In this document: one piece after another, positions 57,457-64,000 of the stretch
Numbering within the stretch: the stretch's first letter is position 1
How the letters are laid out: each line of letters begins with the position of its first letter
Assembly (NCBI GenBank): GCA_963753065.1
Contig: CAVWAQ010000001.1
Span: 451,736 to 515,735, forward strand
Reading direction: 5' to 3'
Source: Candidatus Bathyarchaeota archaeon
GTDB lineage: Archaea > Thermoproteota > Bathyarchaeia > 40CM-2-53-6
Length of the DNA stretch: 64,000 bases
The notes under the pieces: generated by a model
The model's database searches: none
Told to the model about the DNA's origin: nothing
What the model saw: only the letters and a program-made list of their open reading frames with translations
Made by a program: the position numbers and the translations under genes

Positions 57457-57619
57457 TTTCCATGTGAAACCAGGCCGCTGTTTGACGCGGTGGGAGAGAC
57501 CATCCTTGAGTTCTCATGAAAACGTGGGCCGCATTGATATGGGCGACAGATCTTCGGGCAACCCTTAAAGGCCCTTAGCGGAAGCTTGTACTCGAGTCCG
57601 CTGAGAGTGGTAGACTGAC

Positions 57620-59389
57620 GTGAGATTTGAGCAACTTGCCGAGGTCTTCGAGGGAATCGAAGCCACGTCGAAGAGGCTGGAAATGACGGACCTCTTGGTC
57701 AAGCTGCTCAAAGATACCCCGAAAGGTCTTGTGGGCAAGGTCGTCTATCTGACTCAAGGCAAGCTCTATCCTGACTACATGGGCATCGAGCTGGGGATTG
57801 CAGAGAAGCTCGTTGAAAAGGCGATATCCTTCGCATCCGGTCGACCGGAAGCCGAAGTCGAGTCCGCTTTCCACCGGAACGGCGACTTGGGTCTTGCAGC
57901 GCAAGAGATGCTGAAGAAGCGATCACAGTCTACTCTGATGAAGAAGCAGCTGACAGTGGAGGCAGTGTATGGGACATTCGACAAGATCGCTCACGCAGCC
58001 GGCGATCGATCCGTTGACACGAAAATCAAACTGCTATCGAGCCTTCTGATAGACGCGAGCCCCAGCGAGGCAAAATTCGTCACTCGAATGGCTCTGGGCA
58101 AGCTGCGAGTAGGAATCGCCGACATGACGATTCTCGACGCGCTTGCAATCGCATATGCCGGCGGAAAAGAGTTCCGGGAATCATTTGAGAGAGCCTACAA
58201 TCTATCATCCGATTTGGGGTATGTAGCAGAGATAGTTGCGGCACGTGGGATAGAGGGAGTCAAGGACTTTGAAATATCCGTCGGTCGTCCCATAAGGCCA
58301 ATGCTCTGCGAACGTCTCTCTTCCGCTCATGAAATCCTCGCGAAACTGGGAGGAAAAGGATCCGCAGAATACAAGTACGATGGTCTGCGGATACAAGCGC
58401 ACATCTCCAAGACGAATGTCCAACTGTTCTCAAGACGCCTTGAGAACATAACAACTCAGTTTCCCGACGTCGCCGAAAGCGTCAGATCAGCGGTATTGGC
58501 GGAGCAGGCAATACTTGAAGGCGAATGCGTCGCTGTCGACGCGAACACTGGCGACATGTTACCATTCCAAGTCGTATCACAACGGAGAGGGCGAAAATAC
58601 GAGATCGAGACAATGGCGGAAGAAGTTCCGGTGACTGTTTTCCTATTCGACGTTCTCTATGACGATGGCCAGGACTTCACATTGACGCCTTACTTGGAGC
58701 GGAGGGTCGAGCTCACCAAGATCGTCAAAGAGTCCGACCAGGTCCGAATCGCGGAGCAGCTGATGACTGAAGACGCGGACGAGCTTGAACGTTACTTCGA
58801 CAAAGCCGTGTCGATGGGATGCGAGGGTCTGGTCGTCAAGAGTGCCGGTGCTGAATCGGTCTATCAGGCAGGTGCCCGCGGTTGGCTATGGATCAAGTAC
58901 AAGAGATCATACAAGGCGGAGGTGGCTGACACCTTTGATCTAGTTCCGGTCGGCGCGTTCTACGGGAGAGGAAAGAGAGCAGGAACCTATGGCGCACTGC
59001 TGATGGCAGTGTACAAGCCAGAGACAGACCAGTTCGAGACGATATCTAAGCTCGGTAGCGGTTTCACAGATGTGGACCTTGAGAAGCTGCACAAGACGCT
59101 TGGACAGGACGTTGTTTCACATAGGCACGCTAGAGTCGTTTCAGAGATGAACGCCGACGTGTGGTTCACGCCCACAAAGGTACTTGAGGTCTCAGCAGAC
59201 GAGATCACCCTCTCACCACTTCACACATGCGCGTTGGGTTCCGTCCGGCGTGGCAGCGGGTTGGCGCTCAGGTTTCCAAGATTCACCGGCAAATACAGAG
59301 ACGACAAATCACCGGAAGATGCGACAACGACCAAGGAAGCGCTTGAGATCTATCATAGACAGTTGAAGAAGATCGAAACTGAGACATAG
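57620..59389 (+). CDS. lig: ATP-dependent DNA ligase
   Basis: 589-aa ORF with a GTG start. It has the adenylation motif EYKYDGLR and the EGLVVK, LWIKYK and RFPRF blocks. Confidence 0.92.
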   Translation: MRFEQLAEVFEGIEATSKRLEMTDLLVKLLKDTPKGLVGKVVYLTQGKLYPDYMGIELGIAEKLVEKAISFASGRPEAEVESAFHRNGDLGLAAQEMLKKRSQSTLMKKQLTVEAVYGTFDKIAHAAGDRSVDTKIKLLSSLLIDASPSEAKFVTRMALGKLRVGIADMTILDALAIAYAGGKEFRESFERAYNLSSDLGYVAEIVAARGIEGVKDFEISVGRPIRPMLCERLSSAHEILAKLGGKGSAEYKYDGLRIQAHISKTNVQLFSRRLENITTQFPDVAESVRSAVLAEQAILEGECVAVDANTGDMLPFQVVSQRRGRKYEIETMAEEVPVTVFLFDVLYDDGQDFTLTPYLERRVELTKIVKESDQVRIAEQLMTEDADELERYFDKAVSMGCEGLVVKSAGAESVYQAGARGWLWIKYKRSYKAEVADTFDLVPVGAFYGRGKRAGTYGALLMAVYKPETDQFETISKLGSGFTDVDLEKLHKTLGQDVVSHRHARVVSEMNADVWFTPTKVLEVSADEITLSPLHTCALGSVRRGSGLALRFPRFTGKYRDDKSPEDATTTKEALEIYHRQLKKIETET

Positions 59390-59442
59390 TCTCGTTCGAC
59401 CAGTTTCTTGGATCGTCTGCCGGCGGGTGTCGCGAGTGATCT

Positions 59443-59784
59443 ATGATCGCCAAGGCTAAATCGGACCGGTTCCAAACGCGGCGTGGTCTGGCCCACTTGC
59501 AGATCACCGTCAAGTATTCGTCGCCTTTTCGCGAGAATGTAGGCGTCAGAGAGGAGACATACGAAGTAGGTCAGGACTCGGCGAATGTGGCCGGGGTGTT
59601 GGATATGATTGTCTGCAGACATTCATGCATAAGCAAGTTTGTGGACATCGTTAGCGATGAAGCGCAGAGACGCCAGATGGTAGTTGCGGTCAATTCAAGG
59701 CTGGCTAGGCTGTCTGATGAAGTTCATGATGGAGACAGCGTGAGTCTTCTGCTCCCCGTGATGGGAGGTTCCCAAGAACGATAG
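59443..59784 (+). CDS. MoaD/ThiS-family ubiquitin-like small protein with GG followed by a 4-aa tail
   Basis: The beta-grasp-like sequence ends DGDSVSLLLPVMGGSQER. TTG at 59497 would give a typical ~95-aa product. It lies immediately upstream of AOR. Confidence 0.65.
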   Translation: MIAKAKSDRFQTRRGLAHLQITVKYSSPFRENVGVREETYEVGQDSANVAGVLDMIVCRHSCISKFVDIVSDEAQRRQMVVAVNSRLARLSDEVHDGDSVSLLLPVMGGSQER

Positions 59785-59789
59785 GATCA

Positions 59790-61637
59790 GTGAAAGGTTA
59801 CGCAGGCAAACTACTGCGCGTGAACCTGTCGAAGCAGGAATCTCGAGTCGAGGGGCTCTCAGAACAGGAAGCACGAATGTTCATCGGCGGCAGCGGTCTC
59901 GCTGCAAAACGTCTTTGGGAGATGACAGGCAATGAAACCGATCCTCTCGGACCTGAAAACGTCCTGATATTCATGGCGGGTCCGCTGACTGGAACGAAGG
60001 TTCCGCTTTCGGGTCGTCATGAGATTGCTGCAAAGTCTCCGCTCACTGGAATCTTCGGCGAAAGCGATGTCGGAGGGAGATGGGGTACCGAACTGAAGAA
60101 AGCTGGTTTCGACGGAGTAATCATCACCGGGAGATCACCCACGCACACTTACTTGTGGATCAACGAGAACGGCGCCGAATTCCGGGACGCCAGACCTCTG
60201 TGGGGCCTCGACACCTATGAGGCCAGCTCAATCCTGAGAGCGGAGACAGATCAGAAAGCGATTGAGGCATGTATAGGTCCTGCAGGGGAACGGCTCGCTC
60301 GGATCGCTTCGATAATGCATGATGGAAGAGATGCAAGAGCAGCGGGGAGATGCGGGCTCGGGGCAGTCATGGGATCAAAGAACCTGAAGGCCGTTGTGGC
60401 AAGAGGAGACAAAGAGGTCGCGGTTGCTGATCAGAAGACTCTTTCAGAACTGACAAAGGAGTTAGCGCCGATGATACTCAAGAATACAAAACGCCTTGCC
60501 GACTACGGCACAAGTCAAGTCGTGACGCCGGCCGAGGAACTCGGCGACCTACCGGTAAAAAACTGGAAGAAAGGGCGCTGGCAGGAGGGTGCCGAGAAGC
60601 TGTCCGGGCCGACAATGGCGAAAACGATCCTGAAGTCAAAGTACTTCTGCGGAGCCTGTATGGTGGGCTGTGGTCGAACTGTTGCGATCGATCACGGCGA
60701 GTACGCGGGCGTCAAAGGAGCAGGTCCCGAGTACGAGACCATGGCACTCTTCGGCGCAAACATACTCCTCGATGATCTCGAAGCGGTTGCAAAAGCCCAC
60801 GAACTTTGCAACAGATATGGCCTGGACGTAATATCCACGGCAGGCGTCATCGGATTCGCCATGGAAGCAGCCGAAAGAGGGATCCTCAAAGACGATCAGA
60901 AGAGGAAGATCGACCTGCAGTGGGGAGACGGCAAGGCTATTGTGAAGATGGTTGAGAGCATCGGTCGCCGGGAGGGCTTAGGATACCTGTTCGGCGAAGG
61001 CGTCATGCGTGCTTCGGCAAGAATCGGGGAGAACTGTGAGGCGTTTGCGATACATGTCAAGGGGCTTGAGCCCCCAGGCCACGATCCGCGAGCCTACAAC
61101 AGCCTAGCCCTCGGCTATGCGACGGCAAATCGTGGAGCCTGTCACCTGCAGGGGATGTCCTACGCCTTTGAACGCTCAGTCACGATGCCGGAGATTGGAA
61201 TACTTGAAGTCCAAGACAGGTTCGGAACCGTTGGGAAAGGAGAGCTGGTTGCCAAGACTCAGGACCTGATGTCACTTCTCGACTCACTGAAACTCTGCAA
61301 GTTCACTCTCTACGGCGGTCTGAAGCTGACACACGCATTGAAGTACTTGAACGCAGTCACAGGATGGGATATCAGTCAAGCTGAAATTCTGAAAACCGGA
61401 GAAAGAATCTACAATCTGAAACGAATGTATGACGTCAAATGTGGTATCACAAGAAAGGACGATACGGTACCAACCAGGATGCTTCGAGAGAAGCGCGGAG
61501 AAGGTGGGGCTGCAGAGAACCTGCCTCCATTTTCCGACGCGCTTGATGAATACTACAGGTATCGTGGCTGGGATCGGAGTGGGATTCCGACCAAGACGAA
61601 ATTGCTCGAATTAGGGCTCGTGGATGCGGCTCCATAG
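59790..61637 (+). CDS. aor: aldehyde:ferredoxin oxidoreductase family (tungsto/molybdopterin) enzyme
   Basis: 615-aa ORF with a GTG start. The N-terminus KGYAGKLLRVNLS is followed by AOR-family blocks, including GLDVISTAG and the Cys ligand region. Confidence 0.9.
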   Translation: MKGYAGKLLRVNLSKQESRVEGLSEQEARMFIGGSGLAAKRLWEMTGNETDPLGPENVLIFMAGPLTGTKVPLSGRHEIAAKSPLTGIFGESDVGGRWGTELKKAGFDGVIITGRSPTHTYLWINENGAEFRDARPLWGLDTYEASSILRAETDQKAIEACIGPAGERLARIASIMHDGRDARAAGRCGLGAVMGSKNLKAVVARGDKEVAVADQKTLSELTKELAPMILKNTKRLADYGTSQVVTPAEELGDLPVKNWKKGRWQEGAEKLSGPTMAKTILKSKYFCGACMVGCGRTVAIDHGEYAGVKGAGPEYETMALFGANILLDDLEAVAKAHELCNRYGLDVISTAGVIGFAMEAAERGILKDDQKRKIDLQWGDGKAIVKMVESIGRREGLGYLFGEGVMRASARIGENCEAFAIHVKGLEPPGHDPRAYNSLALGYATANRGACHLQGMSYAFERSVTMPEIGILEVQDRFGTVGKGELVAKTQDLMSLLDSLKLCKFTLYGGLKLTHALKYLNAVTGWDISQAEILKTGERIYNLKRMYDVKCGITRKDDTVPTRMLREKRGEGGAAENLPPFSDALDEYYRYRGWDRSGIPTKTKLLELGLVDAAP

Positions 61638-61752
61638 TGGAGCCCGATCGACTAATATCACCTCGTCGTGGAGTCACTTACCGGAAGTGCGAGTGCTTGT
61701 CATTAGACAAACCGATCACCAGAGGCCTAGCCAAAACCAGGAGGACAAGACC

Positions 61753-62751
61753 GTGAGCTCGGCGAAGATCCCGCCAGAAGTCAAGCGCATCGCCGACGAC
61801 ATCCGAGACATGAAGATCAGAGGCGCAGGAGAACTGGCCCGATCAGCTGTCCGCGCCCTCATGATCGCTTGTCAGAAATCGTCGGCGAAGACTTCGCAAG
61901 ACCTGCTTGCTGACCTTCGAGCAGCCGCAGTGGCGCTACTTGAGACAAGGCCGACCGCAGTCTCCTTGCCGAACGGCATCCGTTACGTCATGCATAGAGT
62001 CAGTCAGGCGGAGCAGCGTACTCAGGAAGTTGGGCAGGTTCGCTTGGCGGGAATAAAGGCCGCGGAAGAGTTCATTGCGAATTCGAATACAGCGATCGAG
62101 CGGATCGGAGAAATAGGGGCACGGCGCATCCAAGACGGTGACGTTTTGCTTACTCACTGCAACAGTTCTGCGGCAATCTCCGTGATCAAGACTGCTTGGA
62201 AGATCGGAAAGCGGTTCCATGTCTATGCAACCGAGACACGGCCTCGATTCCAAGGCAGATTGACAGCAGGCATCCTGCTCAAAGAAGGGATACCTGTGAC
62301 GATGATTATTGATGATGCAGCGCGGCACTTCATGAGAGAGATCGACAAAGTAGTAGTGGGCGCAGATGCTGTCAGTGCCAACGGAGCTGTCGTCAACAAG
62401 ATCGGCACTTCAATGATTGCTTTGGCGGCGAAGGAATCTGATGTCAACACCTTCGTGGCCGCGGAGACTTACAAGTTCAGTCCCGAAACGATGATCGGTG
62501 AAGCGGTCCCCATCGAGCAACGAAACACAGACGAGGTGATAGGTAAGGCCGAACTGGAGGGACTGCCCGGTCTTGAAGTGAAGAATCCATCATTTGATGT
62601 TACGGCTCCGGAATACATTGATCTCATCATCACCGAGAGGGGAATCATACCTCCTCAAGGCGCCATTCTGATACTGCAAGAACTCATGGGAACTATCACA
62701 CCTGAGGAGCTGGACGAGTACAAGACACTCACTCTTGCAGAAGTCGACTAG
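61753..62751 (+). CDS. ribose-1,5-bisphosphate isomerase (eIF-2B alpha/beta/delta-like family)
   Basis: From GTG at 61753 the product reads VSSAKIPPEVKRIADDIRDMKIRGAGELARSAV, with THCNS, ETRP.FQG and GADAVSANGAVVNKIGT blocks. The ORF-track start at 61624 overlaps AOR and is not family-like. Confidence 0.8.
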   Translation: MSSAKIPPEVKRIADDIRDMKIRGAGELARSAVRALMIACQKSSAKTSQDLLADLRAAAVALLETRPTAVSLPNGIRYVMHRVSQAEQRTQEVGQVRLAGIKAAEEFIANSNTAIERIGEIGARRIQDGDVLLTHCNSSAAISVIKTAWKIGKRFHVYATETRPRFQGRLTAGILLKEGIPVTMIIDDAARHFMREIDKVVVGADAVSANGAVVNKIGTSMIALAAKESDVNTFVAAETYKFSPETMIGEAVPIEQRNTDEVIGKAELEGLPGLEVKNPSFDVTAPEYIDLIITERGIIPPQGAILILQELMGTITPEELDEYKTLTLAEVD

Positions 62752-62854
62752 GCACGCTCGTTGCATTCTTCAGAGGCAGGCCTGCCGGCGAGGACACATA
62801 CTGAACAAGGTTTTTCTCACTCAGACCACTTGTACTGTCTAGGTCTTCTGAGAA

Positions 62855-64000
62855 TTGCAAAAGTTCGAAGCAGGAGTAAGCCCCTATTCTAATCGATACT
62901 TGGAGCTCGGATACAAACCGGAAGAAGATGAGCTCCTGATCGCGTTCAAGGTAACCCCTCGCGCGGGCACCTCAATGGAGGAAGCGGCGTCGGCTGTTGC
63001 CGCCGAGTCTTCCGTGGGGACGTGGACTGAGGTCGAGCTTGGAAACGAGGAAAAGTACAACAAATTCAAGGCGAGGGTCTACCGTATCGAAGGCGACATC
63101 GCTTACATCTCATATCCGCTCATCATCTTCGAGAAGAATAGCATACCGAATATCCTTAGCAGCGTCGTTGGAAACGTGTTCGGGTTCAAGGCTGTGAGTG
63201 CGCTCCGTATCGAGGACATGAAGATCCCGCTCGCGCTTGTGAACAGCTTCCCCGGGCCGAAGTTCGGGCTAGCCGGCGTTCGAAAGATCCTTGGCGTGAA
63301 AGATCGACCCATGACGGGTTCCACGGAGAAGCCTAAGCTCGGCAACAGCCCGAAGGAGCACGCCTACATCGCGTACAATACGCTTCGCGGAGGCATCGAC
63401 ACAGTCAAAGACGATGAGAACCTGAACAGCCAGACCTGGAACAACTTCTACAAACGCGCCGACGAGACACTCAAAGCCGTCAACAAAGCCGAGAAGGAAA
63501 CGGGTGAGAGCAAGGGCTGGTGGGCAAACGTTACGGCTGGCAATACGGAGGAGATGCTTCGCCGCTGCAACTACATTGCAAAGAAGGGCGGCAAGTTCGT
63601 GATGATCGACTACCTGACAGCGGGCTTCGCGGCGACGGCGTCACTGAGAAAACGGACCGGAGAGCTAGGATTAGCGCTTCACTGTCACAGAGCGATGCAC
63701 GCCGTCATCGACCGTCAGCCCAATCACGGGGTCGAGTTCAAGGTCCTCGCCAAATGGGCACGCCTCACCGGAGTTGACCATCTGCACACTGGAACCGGCG
63801 TGGGCAAGCTCGAGGGCGAATTCCAGGATCTGAAAGACAGGTGTAACCTACTCCGAATGAGCAACACACCAAAGGCAGGCGGGCTATACTTCGACCAGCC
63901 ATGGGGAAAACTGAAAACGACTGTGCCAGTCGCCTCCGGCGGACTACATCCAGGCCTTGTCTGGAAAGTCTATGAGACCTACGGAAACGATGCCTTCTTC
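62855..64000 (+). CDS. rbcL: RuBisCO large subunit, form III (3' end beyond window)
   Basis: My own translation from TTG at 62855 runs open to the window end. Catalytic residues are present: AAESSVGTWT, GNVFGFK, EKPKLG, GIDTVKDDEN, LHCHRAMH, DHLHTGTGVGKLEG and PVASGGLH. Confidence 0.9.
   Translation, partial: MQKFEAGVSPYSNRYLELGYKPEEDELLIAFKVTPRAGTSMEEAASAVAAESSVGTWTEVELGNEEKYNKFKARVYRIEGDIAYISYPLIIFEKNSIPNILSSVVGNVFGFKAVSALRIEDMKIPLALVNSFPGPKFGLAGVRKILGVKDRPMTGSTEKPKLGNSPKEHAYIAYNTLRGGIDTVKDDENLNSQTWNNFYKRADETLKAVNKAEKETGESKGWWANVTAGNTEEMLRRCNYIAKKGGKFVMIDYLTAGFAATASLRKRTGELGLALHCHRAMHAVIDRQPNHGVEFKVLAKWARLTGVDHLHTGTGVGKLEGEFQDLKDRCNLLRMSNTPKAGGLYFDQPWGKLKTTVPVASGGLHPGLVWKVYETYGNDAFF

Overview
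The window looks like a gene-dense segment of an archaeal chromosome. Evidence for an archaeal origin: GatD/GatE, Elp3, Sm-like protein, Rio2, GHMP-type shikimate kinase, form III RuBisCO, ATP-dependent DNA ligase, and an intron-rich tRNA. A TACK/Thermoproteota-like uncultivated lineage is an inference only.

Contents in order:
- A minus-strand shikimate operon: split transketolase, DAHP synthase, aroB, aroD, aroE, aroK, and the 5' end of aroA.
- A 135-nt tRNA that needs about three introns removed to fold.
- SppA.
- A cell-surface glycoprotein and MacB-type ABC exporter cluster.
- A cluster of LarA-like protein, class III aminotransferase, APC permease and F420-type LLM oxidoreductase.
- TatA and TatC.
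- Housekeeping genes: aminotransferase, UDG, SmAP, Elp3, GatDE, PurA, PyrG, Rio2, AsnRS, QueD-FolE-QueC, GDH, DNA ligase.
- A PiT/DUF47 phosphate transport pair.
- A wHTH plus minimal nucleotidyltransferase two-gene module.
- At the 3' end, a MoaD-like protein, AOR, ribose-1,5-bisphosphate isomerase and form III RuBisCO, which runs off the window.

Most notable observations:
- Seven frame breaks in six otherwise recognisable genes. Each is explained by one extra nucleotide (+1). All lie in the first 26 kb, and four lie in the shikimate operon.
- Several short gene relics.
- The multi-intron tRNA.
- A small decayed islet with direct repeats at 48.9-49.8 kb.
- A 1.1-kb gene-poor divergent region with tandem palindromes.
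- Zinc-ribbon tails on TatC and on a neighbouring membrane protein.
- An ArsR-like protein ending in a canonical EF-hand loop.

I saw no rRNA, no CRISPR array and no clear intact mobile element.
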